Assembly (NCBI RefSeq): GCF_000143415.4
Contig: NW_003314296.1
Coordinates: 1,153,858-1,217,857, forward strand
Length of the DNA stretch: 64,000 nt
Direction of reading: 5' to 3'
Origin: Selaginella moellendorffii
Lineage: Eukaryota; Plantae; Lycopodiophyta
Under the pieces are notes generated by a model. The model saw only the letters and a program-made list of their open reading frames with translations. It was not told the DNA's origin and made no database searches. Shown in pieces: positions 37,882 through 51,219 of the stretch (the stretch's first letter is position 1; every line of letters begins with the position of its first letter). The translations under genes were made by a program, and so were the position numbers.

Positions 37882-40666
37882 ATGGAGGACGGGGTAGCTC
37901 TGTGGCGCGAGCGCGAGCGGCGCAAGCTCTTCTGGACCGACGTCAATGTCATTCGCGCCTTCTTCTCGTGGCTGCGCGGCTATGGCGGCGGGATATTCCA
38001 GGACCAAGTCCATGCTCTCTATCGCCACTGTGGGATCGTAGCGCTGTATCCAAGCCTCCTGGACGAGCTCCGCTACTTCTCGCTCTCCAGATCATCGGCC
38101 AGGGGTCACACCACTCTCGACAAGGCGCGTTACGATGTTTGGGAGTCAGTGGCCACCGGAACTTTCGAGTTTTTCGGTGCTTCTTTCGTTGCTCTGGCGC
38201 TGGATCTCTGCCGCTACTCCGATGTCGAGGATGCTGCTATCCAGGTCGAGTGGTATGGAACAGATTGCTTTTGGAACAGGCCGGTACTCGATAACTTGCT
38301 GGGCCACTTCCTCTATGTAAGAACTCCTTTCTTTCTTCGATCGATCTAAACCAAGTCTTGATCGCAGGGCCGCGTGAGGCAGAATGAGCGCATTAGCGTC
38401 GACCTGGACGCAATCACTCCAGGTAAGTATTTCCAGTGATTCTTTAAAAGCGAAGCTCTCCCTTTCTCGCTTGATCCAGAGCTTTGCGAGGTTCACCGCC
38501 AGTTGAAGCTTCATCACGATCCTGCGAGCTCCCCGCAACACGAGCTCGTCGAGGTTCCCCGCCACGATGTGTTCGACGTGACGGAGCCTCTCTGCCAGCT
38601 TTTCTATACGTGGCTCTCGGTGGCAAATAGTTCCGAGCGCTCTAAAGCCATGGAGGTGCTCAAGAACGTCCTCTGCGAAACGAGGATCAGTGATGCAGAT
38701 GAGCAGCCGCTGATGAAGCTGCCCTTGCCACCGCAGCTCGCGGATCAGCTGCCAGTGGATCTGGCGATGACTTTCGCTCTCAACTCGAACAAGGGGAATC
38801 TCATGAAGCCACTCTCCTCGGCCGGTCTCCAGCAACTGGAGAGCTGGCTTTCGTTGCGGACGGGGACAGTACATCAAGCGGACAGTGTGTTTGCCACTGC
38901 CACAGCAAGCCTGCCAGCATCGCTCATCCGGAAGCTCATTCAAGTTACGTAGAGCACCAGATCTGGTTTCTGTCAGCTTTCACTAACACGTTTGGATCTC
39001 AGGACATAAAGACCGCGGGGAGCGAGGGTCTACAAGTCGGTCGTCCCTTGACGAGCAGCGGCTTCGACATGCTCCTCGCAAAAATGGAGCTCCACTCGTC
39101 GATTTTGGAGCTCAACTGTGAAACAGGGGTCATGGCCCGGCTCTTCCACTCGTGGCTGCGCTGCCGCGGGGGCCAGTTCAAGCACAAGCTCATGGTGGAT
39201 CAGATCAACGAGGACTACGCCCGGATGGGATGGCCGCCATGCAAGAACTCGTCGCTCCTGCAAGAGGTGCGATCAACCTTGAGCAGCAATGGGCTTTTCT
39301 CCCTCGAGCAAGCTCGCACCCGGTGCGACATATGGCTGCGGAGTGTCCCTGAGTTTCTTCGAAGGCTCAAGTACGAGAGGAGCTTCGTCAACTTTGTGGC
39401 CGCGGTGAGCATGGAAGACATAGATCCCGGCGACTCGAGCTGTATAAGCATGGAGCTTGTTGAGCAAATACGCCGCCATGCAGTCGCGGGACGATACCAC
39501 CTTTTCAAGCCGCTGCTTGCCGAGGACGAATCTAGCGCGGCGAGTCTTGTGGTTATATATCTTGTGGAGGTGAGACTTCTTACATCTCCTTGTAGCTAGT
39601 AACGTCTTGCGTTGCAGGAGCTGTGGTACTGGAAGTGTGGTGATATCTATGGTGATTTTGTAGAGTTTGGCGTGGACAGTTACGACGATTGGTTGCCAGC
39701 TTATTCCAGTGCTGACTTTCCAAGCGTGAGGCTTCCAGGTCCAACTCCACAGTACTTCAGTTCTCTAAAGTTTCTAACAGGTGTTTTATCATGCATGTAG
39801 ATGCGACTAGATACAGTGTGGAGCATCACTTGGCAAAGGCGACAGTAGCATTGTGCAGGGATGTGACGGATCCAGTACTTCGAACCCTGTCGACTTGGCA
39901 GAGGTACCATGATGTAAGTAGTCTTGGAACAGCGGATCCCAAGGCTTTCCAGAGCTTGGTGTACTGCTCATACCTTCAGAGAAGAAGGGGCTTGGTGGAG
40001 GCTAGCCAGCGAGACCTTGAGGTGTGTACACACGCAGCAAGCGATGAGGTGGTCGCTCTTGTGACAGGAGAATGCAAGGTCGGAGCATTGGTGCACAGGC
40101 TCGTTTCGGTACTAGAGTGTTGCTAAATTCCTGTTGTTTGTTTTGATACTCATTTGTGGATGATAGGACTTGGGGAGAACCATCAAACCGCACGAGATCA
40201 ACGACAAGCTCGCGTCTGTGAGTTGCTTTGTCTGGCTATGTTTTAGTGTGCCTTAATTCTTGTTTGCCAATGCGTAGGGCTTTTGGGAGCAAGCGAGGTT
40301 GACGGAAGTGTCCAACATGCCAGATAGTTGAACGTTACACAAAACAGGATCAAAGTCTATGACGTCCTTGGAGTCCAGTTTCCAGGACCGACAGCACGAA
40401 ACATCTCCGTGACCTGCGGTGCGAGATAAGTGACAGGATTCTCCAGTGCCTTTGCTTCATTCGGCCATCCGGTGGTCACAGGTCAAATCGACGACGTCTT
40501 TCTACGATCTGACCATGATCGAAGGTTGGATTTGGGCCGGTTCGTCACTTTCAGTCTCCGTTACTTGACACGTCTCCGTGAGCACTGGAGCGTCCTCGAA
40601 CGTTTGTTCTTCCAGAAATCTGAAAGACTTCTCGCTGGTGGTGCCTCTGGAATCAAATTCCTCTGA
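37882..40666 (+). CDS. Orphan multi-exon protein with an internally duplicated domain; 3' structure uncertain (may stop at ~40331)
   Basis: GC-rich ORFs joined in frame by short GT-AG introns (38317-38368, 38423-38479, 38944-39002, etc.). No recognised family. Confidence 0.6.
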
Positions 40667-41377
40667 CCCCTGCGGCTCCACTACTACTAGAGTCGACTTC
40701 GCCAAATACTAAGAGATCCAAGGCCAAGCAGCAGCCCGAGTCCAAGAGACGACACTGGGATGAGAAATCCTGTCAATCGGAGTTTGCGAGAGCTTTGACT
40801 TCCTGTCTATCGTCGTCAATCCCAGCAAAACCAGCCCTGCAACGCTGCCAAGGACACAATTCTTCGACCTCGAGGGAACTCAGTATCGAACGTTTTAAGG
40901 AAAAGCAAGGTTATAAACAAACTACATTTGTAACTGTTAGTTTATATATATGTGTGATTGATTGGTTTAATGAGAAATTTATAGCCAACTCAAAAATATT
41001 AGGATGTTCTATTGTTATTATTATTGCTACAAATTGATTGCCATATAACACAACACTTATCAGCACTATCCATTTAAGTTCCACTTGTTAGTTGTAAATT
41101 TCTATAAAGGATATTTAGTCAAGTTATATCCTACACCACTTTAGTTGCCACTCAATCCTCAGTTTAAAAAGGGGATGATGTCATGTATTTGCTATCACTA
41201 TCTATGATGGGATTTGAACCTCAAACCTACTCACAAGAGTTGAACTTAGCATCTAGGATTAATATAGATTTCATATAGACTTGTACTATAGTAGGTTTTT
41301 GGATTAACTTGAGATTCAACCAGTTAGTTTATGAGTTCAAATTGGTTAGTAAAGGTTTTGAATCTTATTCTGGACAG

Positions 41378-41758
41378 TCTAACAAATATAAAAAGATAAT
41401 AAATACTTGATATTATACTCAAACTATTAGAAGTTTATTGGTGAGAGAAGGGATGAAAAAACAATTACGGTTAAATTTGTTAGTTGAGGTTTGAAGTTTG
41501 TTGTGGATAATGATTGCAAGTGGCCACACCAACACCCGCAGCAGTAGTTACAGTGGTTCGGAGGACGCCGTGGTTGCTGCTCCAGCTTCTTCTCTGGGTT
41601 TTGGTTGCAATCTTGGTGCTGCTCACGTGCTTTTTGCTCGTGCGATGGATGTTATCTCGAAGGAAGCAGAGATACACTCTAACAAATATAAAGAGACAGT
41701 AAATAATTGATATTGTAATCAAACTATTATAAGTTTATTGGTAAGAAATGGGAAGAAG
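41378..41758. repeat. ~80-bp direct repeats at 300-bp spacing (41378-41458, 41678-41758)
   Basis: tctaacaaatataaa.aga.a.taaata.ttgatatt.ta.tcaaactatta.aagtttattggt occurs twice. Confidence 0.75.
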
Positions 41759-41868
41759 ATAAAAAAACTCAAGAAAATAAGAAAATAAATTGGTATGCGT
41801 CACATGTAGCAACGTTTGGTTTTTTTAATAGTAGTGTTATTTTTACTTATTAATCTAATTGATCAAAT

Positions 41869-42045
41869 AAAGTTTATAACTATAAGCATGTTTATAATTT
41901 ATAAACAAGATTAATCTTATTCCATTAGACGGTAAATAAAAAAAGAATATACTAGAAAGGGTTTAAGAAAGTTTATAAATTATAAACCTGTTTATAAATT
42001 ATAAATACAAGATTAATCTAAATGAATAACAACCGTTAGATGGTA
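41869..42045. repeat. AT-rich direct repeats of ~100-bp period (TE/MITE-like)
   Basis: aagtttataa..tgtttataa..caagattaatct..cc.ttaga.ggta occurs twice. Confidence 0.55.
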
Positions 42046-42675
42046 GAATATCCTAGAATATCAAATCATATTCTAGATAAATCTACTATCATCCCATCAG
42101 CAAACCAAAAATGGATTTCTGTTGAATACTCTAAATATAAAATATTAAAAACATAATTTTTAAATTAACTTGAGGTTGGACCAAATTAATTCTTAAAGAC
42201 GACTTTATAATTATCAAAACATTTATTGAGAGAACAGAAGATATATTGATAAATACTTAAAAACAATTATGTTAAATAATCTAAAGACAAAGTTCTAGTA
42301 TTAATCTAAGATCTGCACCACAGGGTTTAAAGTTTGAATTGCATCATGAACAGTGATGGCAAAATACAAAATATTATAACAGTTATCTACTCCTGTGTTA
42401 TAAGCACAAAATTATGTATATACTGAAGAGAACACATTATTTACACCACTTTGGCTGCTAACTTCTTTTGTATCAGTTTTTAATCGACATCTGTGAAGAG
42501 CGGTCAACTCTGCTTCATTGCACTCATACACAGAGCTTAGAATTTAGACTACACTCCTTCCAAAGGCAGCTTTATTGACTTGGAAAGAGGAGGAAAATGG
42601 AGCTCCTCCTTATCAAAGATCAAGGTTTCAAAACTTGTTCTTCTCTTGATTTCTTTTGTTAGAGACTGCTAGAAG

Positions 42676-43021
42676 CTACAAGCAGGCGGCAGTGGTGCCA
42701 TTTGGATTGACGAAGCGGCATCCATCTGGTAAGTTGCAGCAATTGTAACACGCACCGTCGAGTTCTTTGTTGCCGCACACTACTTTCAAGTCGAGGTTGC
42801 AAAACAGCGGACACACTTTGCTACTTCCTGCAAGAAGAATGTAAACTTGAGGCTCGTCTTGGAATCAAAATCCTGGAAAAGAAGCCCTTGCTTACCGGCA
42901 TTTTCAACTCGCAGGGAGTGTCCCGAGCACGCTGAAACAAGCAGAGCAAAGATCAGCAGAATGGGCAAAGGAACTAAACAAACGAGGAAAAAACAGAAGG
43001 ATGCATACCCACTGAAACCAT
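42676..43021 (-). CDS. Single-domain potato type II (Pin-II) serine proteinase inhibitor
   Basis: Signal peptide (..LPILLIFALLVSACSG), intron 42828-42895, mature KVCPLFC..VVC..ACYNCC..DGC..NG...C with 8 Cys. Start exon 43021-43009 needs a 35-nt intron and is uncertain. Confidence 0.75.
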
Positions 43022-43237
43022 CAAGAGGAAAACGATCAAAGAGGCCGTCTGGAGTCCCATCTTCTGGAGAAGCATGATCAAAGGCACCGCTTAAATAAGT
43101 ACTCGCCGTTCACTTCACACGTGGCACCGAGGAAACACATTTCGCATGATCCACCATGGAAAATGCGCTCGTTCAATCAGCTTATCTGAATTTCCTTCTC
43201 GAGACGTTAAATGAACTACCAAAACTGCTTTTAAGAT

Positions 43238-46200
43238 TCACGTATCTTTGTGTTGCAGGTCGCTTTGAGTTTGATCATCCTGGATAACGCCAAACTCACG
43301 GCCAACAAGCCGGAGCAGCACTTGGAGAGACTCCCGGATTTTGTCGTCTCTAAAATGATTTCTTCCCAGGATTAGATGCTGCAAAGAAAAAAGAGAAGTA
43401 AATCCTTACCTTGAAGTTACCAGGTCACAAAGAGGTGAATAGAGTAACAGCAAGTGAGCACGCTCAGAAGCTCCTTGTTCGGAGCCATTGGAAACAGATA
43501 AAGAGTCTCTAATGGTGGACAGCTTTCGCTTTTGTGTTGTTCCCGCCAGCTGATTCCTAGATGGCTTGAGAGTAGTCGCGGTCAGTGGATGAAGTACTAA
43601 TCTCGACAGTTCCTCGAGCACGCAGTACATCTCCTCTTTTCGCACGCTTGGTAACAAAGCCCCTTCTAAATCACACAATCAGTATCAAAAAGAACTTCAT
43701 ACCAGGTAAATGAAAATCAACTTACCATTAAGTTTCTCGTCGAACGAAAACTGGCGGATGATTACGTTGCATCGTCCCATCAAAACTGGAAGAGCCATCC
43801 TACTCACAGCGATCCTTGAAGGATTCACTAGACCTTCATCGCCACAGCTGCACAACAAAAAAAGGAGGGAAAAAACATCGTCGGCCAATCTTAAGAAACC
43901 AAGTATAATAGCTACAATACCTGCATATGTGAAAGAGCTTTTGAAGACACAACAAGGAAAACCTCCCGCAATTGTGAGGCAGAAGAGCAGCACTCTCCAG
44001 AGATAATGCACACGTTCGAGCAGCGCAGCGATCAATGAGATCGATGAATCTCGAGATGACATCTTCCGGAGCATCTTCGCAGCACGCAAAAACTTTCTCA
44101 GACAAAACGTCGAGCATGCAAGCCTCTAAGCTTTCGTCCGCTTTCAGAGCTTCTGCCGCAGGTTCGCCAGAGGGAAGCACAACTGCTCGACCGCAGGTGC
44201 CTACTAAAAAGTTCTCGTATGTCTCGATCAACTCCTTCCATACGTGAGCTCTGACAGTGCTTATCCTGTCCTTTCCAGAGGCCTCGGGCCTGAACTCGTC
44301 ATGTAGGATCCGATTGTAAGCTTTGACGGCTGTTCTCCATATACCGGCGTCTGGAAAGTCTCGCCTCATTGCCATACACCTGAAAATATATTAGCAAACT
44401 ACACGGTTGAAAACAGACGAGGACGTACCTTCCAAGCCCCGCAATAATGTCAGGAAGAACAAGTTCCTTACTATCAGATGGCATAAGTTTGTACAGATCG
44501 ACGAGGATATCCGCAACTTTTTCTGAAAATCCTTGTGAGATGTTTTCTTGCTGCCCGTTCGTTGTGCTACACTTGGAGCTAGGAAGCTTGCTGAGAGCGG
44601 ACTCCAAAGTTTGCTGTTTTGTATAAATCTCTTCCCCCAGCTTACAGTGTTCGCATTGTTCACCACCTGGTAAATATGATACGAGTTGCTGGAAATACGA
44701 TGGCCACATTGGTGCAAGGGTCGCATCGAGTGGTTTTATAGTGGGGAGAACTTCAAGAGATGTCCTCTGAACTTGAGGAATTCCACCCTGATCATGAGTA
44801 CCATAAGCACAAAACCTTTACATCTTATCACAGAAGGATGCTTACTCGACCAGCGGCAGAACCATCGCTTGAATTCACGGGATTACGTGATAGCAGGTCT
44901 ATTAGAGCTAGAAGGCGTAAATATGTAGACTGATCAAACATTTTATATCCTTGCACATAAACTTCGGCTGAGAGAAAGAAAAAGAAAACAGTTTTTATAA
45001 CATCGAACAAACGATTGCGTACCAAGACTTTGAAGTAGCTCTTGTTTTGCCTTGGCCATAACCTTGCTGCTTGAATCGCACACACTATAAACAATCTTTT
45101 CGTAGGTGTTGAATGCAGTCTTGAAATAGTCCATGCCCACGCTTCCCTGTAGGAAACAAGAGGCGACTTGCAATATTTGATTACTTAGAACAGAATAATA
45201 CCTTAGATGCATAAGCCACGACAATTGTTTGTAACGTACTAATTGCTGCAAGGGCTACTTCCTTGCTGCCATTAACGATACTTTCCTGTCCAAATAGTAA
45301 TATCGTCGTCCATGCTGAAAAGAAGACAAAGATGATGTGTGAAATCACAAGCTGTTTATATCATACCTTCTCCAAATTGATCTAGCGTTTGGAACAAATG
45401 TAGAAAAGGTTTTAGTAGGCGTCCTAGTCCATTTAAAACAAGCACCAAGCTCTCATCCCATTGCTTTTGAGCGGTATTTCGACTGTTTAAAAAATCCGCA
45501 TCGTCTGACAAGTTCACAGGTAGATGCCAATATGGGCTCACCTGTGGTGTACGAGCATGTGAACTGGTTTGCCACCATGCATTCCCAACTCCTTTCCAAC
45601 CGACTCTTCCTTCGAAGAGTTTGCCGCCTGACCGTATGAAAACACGAATGAAATCACAAAAAACATGGCTAGCAAAAACGCTTACTAGGTGTCGAACTGT
45701 TTCTACCAGTGGAAAGATCAAAATCCACAAACAATTGTCCCACAAATCCCCTGAGAACCTGTGGCCATGACTGCTCACAGATTGGAAAATAGTGCGGATT
45801 GCTGAATTCCGGACCTACACAATATGCTCAAGTGTTAAACAAAAACTTCCTGAAAGAATTACCTCCGGCCTATCATCTGTCCCAAGCTTTTGTATAACAC
45901 CAAGCACTGCGAGAAGCAGCGTATCACAATCCAGGTCCTTTCTTCCGGATGTAGTTGATCCTACGTTCCGATCTTCTGTTTCTTGAATTTCATGGTTGAC
46001 ACCTCTCGCAAAAAAATCTGATGTTGCCCATAAGAGACCTACAGAAGTCAGACTAATATTAATATCCGTCTTCTGTGCTCCATATGCAGCAGCAACGTCC
46101 ACACACCTGCGATGAGATTTTATTTCAAACACTGAAAACTGTGAGACAAAGCCGTACATGTCCATAGCAGTCGAAGGTATTGACATGAGACAGTCATTCA

Positions 46201-49200
46201 GGATAACTTGCAAACTCTGCCACAGCAATATTAGGAACATAAACGATCAAGTGGTTCAGTCACAAACCTGGAAACCAAGTGGCACTAACTCCTTGTCACA
46301 AGTATTGGCTACTGATCTGGTAAGAATAACACCACGAGCTTAGCTGATTGGCGCCATAAATGCTCACCTTAACAGGTCCAATATATCAGGCCAGCTGTGA
46401 TGCAGCTTTTCACCATGCCTCTGCACAACTTTAAATCAATAAAAACGGAGGTGAGGAAACATGTACCTCCAAAAGATGCAGCAAGATCTTCAAGGAACTT
46501 GACTGAACTTCATCCTTTTGGCAATTATCGAATAAAGTCTTGATCGGTAGTATGACCGCACATTCAAAAGCGTCTTTTCTCAGTGTCGAGGGATCATCAG
46601 CTGCGTCTTGACGCACTTGATCACACGCCAATACAGCACATATTGATCTATCGAGCGCATCCAGAGACACAGTACGAACTTGAGAACTTTCGTGCTCTGC
46701 CAGCTGCGTATAGACAAAATGAGATAGGCAAAAACATGCCAAAGACGGACCTTGATAAAGTGGTCAGTCAGTTCCTCCCAAAACACGTGCGCCCCTGAAT
46801 ACCGGTTAAGAAACGAGTCCAAATTAAAAACCGAGCTTACTGTGCACATTGTTCATAAGTACTGTTATCATGCGTTCAACTGCAAACATTTTTGATCCTG
46901 TTTGCTGTCCTTGTGCCCCTGGAGTTCTCGGACCAGAACTGGTGCCAGCAAGGCCAAGGCCTGTTGTTAATCCCTGAACTCCATTGCTTGAGACTTCCAT
47001 AAGTCCCGCAAGTAGCGAACGGACGGCAGGAGTACTCATAATGCCGGAGCTTTCAAAAAGCTAACAAGAGAGACAACTTATTAGTCCTTTTATCAATGCT
47101 TCGCGTACCTGAGCATCTAGAGTTGATAAAATGTTGAAATCACTTGACTGACTTCCTTGATCACGAGTAATCCGAGGAACGACAGTTGAAATTTCCTAAA
47201 GTTGCCGTAAGCATGTTCGCATAACGCATACATATTCTGTTTTTAAATTCACACGGACCTGTGTTGTTGCATGTGGGGAGTGAATTACACGGTCCAGGGC
47301 CGCTAAAGTTTCCAAAACCTGCAAAAATAATAATAATAATTCCACGTCCTTACGACGTAGACTTTGGATAGAGCAATACCAGTATCCAAGACGAATCAAG
47401 AACATTGTCTAGCCGATGCGCGACATTAAAAAGCGTTCTCAAAGCCTGCAAAAACCGTTAGGAATCGTGGCGGAGGCCAGGAACTTAGAAACTTACTTGG
47501 ACGTTTTTCGGTGTCAAAACTACACTCTCTCGCGGTTCTGCAGGTGGTTCGGAGCGTTTTAAGGCAGCGGGTGTCAGAGGAATCAACGGAATGAGATGTC
47601 CTCCACTAATAAACACATAGTAAGAACCAATCAATTTGCGTTGTGCCTGCAGCCACCCATCCATTACCTCGTAGCTTTTTCTAGTTCAACTGGTTGTGCG
47701 ATAGTGAACTTGCATAGAGAAGAAAGGAAAGCATCTCGAGGTTCAACGATGCGAAGCACTCCACATGCCTAGGAAAAGTGACGTCCAAAAAATGCAATGG
47801 CCAACTGATTTCAAACCTGCGTAAACGCTTGGTAGGCCTTTAAAATTTCCAGCACTAAAGCCTCTCCCTGGCACCTGATAATTATTAGCAGAAATAAGTA
47901 GAAGCTTGCCTCAATAGAGCAATGAAACAGACCTAGAAAGAACCAGGGATAGAGCTTCTAGAAGCGTACGCCACAGTGCATTCACCATTGCAATGCAGAG
48001 CGTCGCATATGGACCTCCACGTATTACTATAACAGAAGAGTTTGGATTTTCACATCTTGGACTGGCAACCTGAAACAACATGCGATAAAGTATTTAAGAA
48101 CTCAGCAATTTGTACCTCTCCTGACTCCGAGGCTTCATCCGTCAGCGTGGCTACCGTAAAAACAACTCCTAGAAGACCTTCGACAGCTAAAGTGATCGCA
48201 TGCGCTTCACTGACAATTGCTATAGCAGCTCCACTCACATCGTTATCCAAGGACCACTCAACACCTAATGTAAAACAAATTAGACATAAATTTGAAAGTC
48301 ACACCGCATTACCTTTAGCTTTGCTGTTGAACATACCCGACACGGCAGCCCAGCTTTCTTCGTTGTCATGTGCCTATTGCAAATGGAAACGTTATTCATA
48401 TAAGAGGCGCCTGCATAACAAACCTGCATGCTGATGACAATGCGTGATAGCGCCTTCACCATGGCCCCAACAACATTCGAATTTTCAGGCTGCCTGCACA
48501 AAGAAGTGTTAAACAACAGTAAGGAAGTAAGAAATCTACGTACATATCAAAAGTTTCGAAGAGAAAACACAAAATTCTTGCTTCAATGCAAAAGCCCTGC
48601 TCAAAAAAGAAAGGAAAAAAAAAAAAGGAGACAGACCGTTATTGTGAAAGAAAATCAAATGCGAGACATACACGTAAGATCTCAAGCACCATAATTCGAT
48701 GCCATGACGGTAAACTTGCATCCGTACTCTTCACAAGAAAGCTCACAAAAACCTGCGAGTTTAAAATCAACAGGAAGACAACCAAGGCAATTGAAGTGCA
48801 CCTCACATTCCGCCAACACAATTGAACTGTATAGTCTAATGACATTAGCAACAGCTCTCAATATGATTCGCCGAAACTGCGGTTCACCTTCAGCCTACAA
48901 TTCAAGTGTCAAAACATTTGGACTTCAATAGAAACACTAACCCCTGTTGTCGTTCTCAGAGACGTAGCTAGCAATGAGCAGACTTGGTTGCGGAGAACCT
49001 GCAGAATTTCAATTAATTGCGTGTTTGACAACAGAAAACCCCACCTCTTGATAGGGTCGGATATTTTTGAAAAGCGAGATGTAGTTGGAAAGAACATAGC
49101 TGAGGGATAAATTGGTTAAAATCTCAATTTAAATAAAACAATCATACTCACTCAAGCATGTCAAAAGCGAATGTTCGTTGAAGGGAGTGAAAAGAAAGCC

Positions 49201-50305
49201 ACTTTGCCTGAAGTAAAGAAAAGAAACCAGTTATAATGTTCAGTATAAAACAAAAGCACTACCTGACCACCAGCCGCAAGTGACGTTAGATCTTCAAAAA
49301 GCTTGAGCCCAAGCCGGCCTTCTTGCGTCATAAAAACTCTGGAGTCCGAGCTGGAACCAGGAGCAGTTTCCTCAGTCCTACGTTATTGTGGATAGTACGC
49401 GTTCATTCCTTCCATTATGTGAGCAAACTAGATTTGAGGTACTTACTTGGCTGTCATCATGCTGCGACTAACATCTCCGGAAACCGAGTTCGAGCGTGAT
49501 GGCCGCCTGCTTGACGTACCCTTCTGCGCAGGCAAATCTTCCGCATAAACCACACGTTCAAATATCAGTGCTATAGCCTGACGTAGAGTCGCCGCCGCAG
49601 TACTGAGAAAGAGTAAAAAAAAAAACACTTCGGTTACGACTGAGAGAGTCTCACGCTTACCTTTGGACGGAATCAGGATTGCGGCTCTTACCAAGTAAGC
49701 CGAGGCAAAGACCAAGAAGGATTGACATACTATTCTACAAAAGCAAAGCAAAAACTGTAAGTTAAACAGGAGGATACGTACTTACCTCGTCTCCCGGATG
49801 GAGCTTCGATTGAAGGATAGTGAGAATTGTTTGCAAAGTTTTCAGCTGGAGAATTTCATCATTTATCTCACAATGCTGCAAAGGCAAAAGAAGAAGAAGA
49901 GAAATAAAAAAACAAACGTCTCGTTAGAACTACACTAAAGGAATGAAAAACGGCCAATATACCTCTTGCAAGGTCTCAAGAATTTGTGGGAACGCCAAAG
50001 GAGGTACTGCGTCGTGAGCCAAGAGCTTTTGTAGGCACGAGAGTCCCAAAATGCTGAGCTTGACGTTCCTGGTATCACAGGCAAGCATGTAGAGCCGGAG
50101 AACATCATCGTTTCGAGCGATTTGGCTGGGATCAGTGACCGTTCGCAGCTGGAAATATCGCATACCCACGGATCAAACGCAAGAATTTGCCATCACTCAC
50201 CTTAAGAATTGCGTGCTCAGCTGCATCCTTCACTGCCGGGTACTTGCGTCGAGCTTCCGCCGAGAGAGCTCGTAAATCCGCCTCCAAGGCAGCTGCCAGC
50301 GCCAT
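43238..50305 (-). CDS. MON2: MON2 homolog (ARF-GEF-like Golgi/endosome trafficking protein), many exons
   Basis: [35 protein letters not shown]; [10 protein letters not shown]; LTPKNVQALR; [10 protein letters not shown]; [10 protein letters not shown]. Confidence 0.92.
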
Positions 50306-50510
50306 TCTTTGTCAAGAACACTCCTCCGCGCGCATTTGCATTGAGAAATCACTCCAGATCTCCCAGAAATCTAGCAGATCCGCGAATGCGCGCTCCAATG
50401 CTCGCAATCCCCCATCTCGCCAAGCCAAAAACTTAGGGCTCGAGAGGAGGGTATATTCCACTTGCATCTTTCTCGTCCGTGCGTTTAGGGTTTATCGGCG
50501 CCTCGGCGCC
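50306..50510. promoter_or_regulatory. 205-bp bidirectional promoter MON2/RLP24 with telo-box
   Basis: Head-to-head ATGs; TAGGGTTT at 50486-50493. Confidence 0.6.
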
Positions 50511-51170
50511 ATGAGGCTCGAGAAATGCTGGTTTTGCTCCTCCACGATCTATCCAGGCCACGGCATGATGTATGTGCGCAACGATGCCAAGGTATGAGCG
50601 CTTCGATCACAGATTTCTCGCGAAATATAAAATCGCTGGCTCTTAGATCTTTCGATTCTGCCGCTCCAAGTGCCACAAGAATTTCAAGATGAAGAGAAAT
50701 CCTCGCAAGGTGAAGTGGACGAAGATCTATCGCAAGCTCCACGGCAAGGAATTGCCACAGGTATTGTCTGTTTTCCTTTTGTCACTTCTCACATGGTTTA
50801 ATAGGACACTACATTTGAGCTTGAGAGGAAAAGAAATAGGCCGGAACGATACGATCGAAACGTTGTGGAGGATACTGTCAAGGCAATGAAGAAGATCAGT
50901 GAGACGAGAGTGGAACGAGAAGCTCAGTTCTGGAAGAACAGGTTTGTTTTTTTTTCTTTTTCTCATCATCCAGGACTGAGAACTCTCGCTAACAGGATGA
51001 GAGGCAAGAAGACCCAACAACGCAGGGAAGATCTAGCTGAGCTCCAGCAAGGAATTCACCTCGTCAAGGCTCCAACAGCGCTGCTAGAGGAGCCAAGCTT
51101 GACTCTCCCCAAGGAGAAGATGAAGGTGAAAGTCTCCGTGGAGCAGGAATCCAAAGCGATGGAAAGCTAG
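50511..51170 (+). CDS. RLP24: Ribosome biogenesis protein RLP24 (L24e-like)
   Basis: [23 protein letters not shown]|[26 protein letters not shown]. Confidence 0.93.
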
Positions 51171-51219
51171 TCCTGACTCGAAAGAGTGGTACACAAATTT
51201 TGGAAACCGACTTGGAAAA

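Noticed and set aside
41205-41230. B-box-like gggatttgaacct (tRNA/SINE)
   Set aside because: No cloverleaf, A-box or TSD identifiable.
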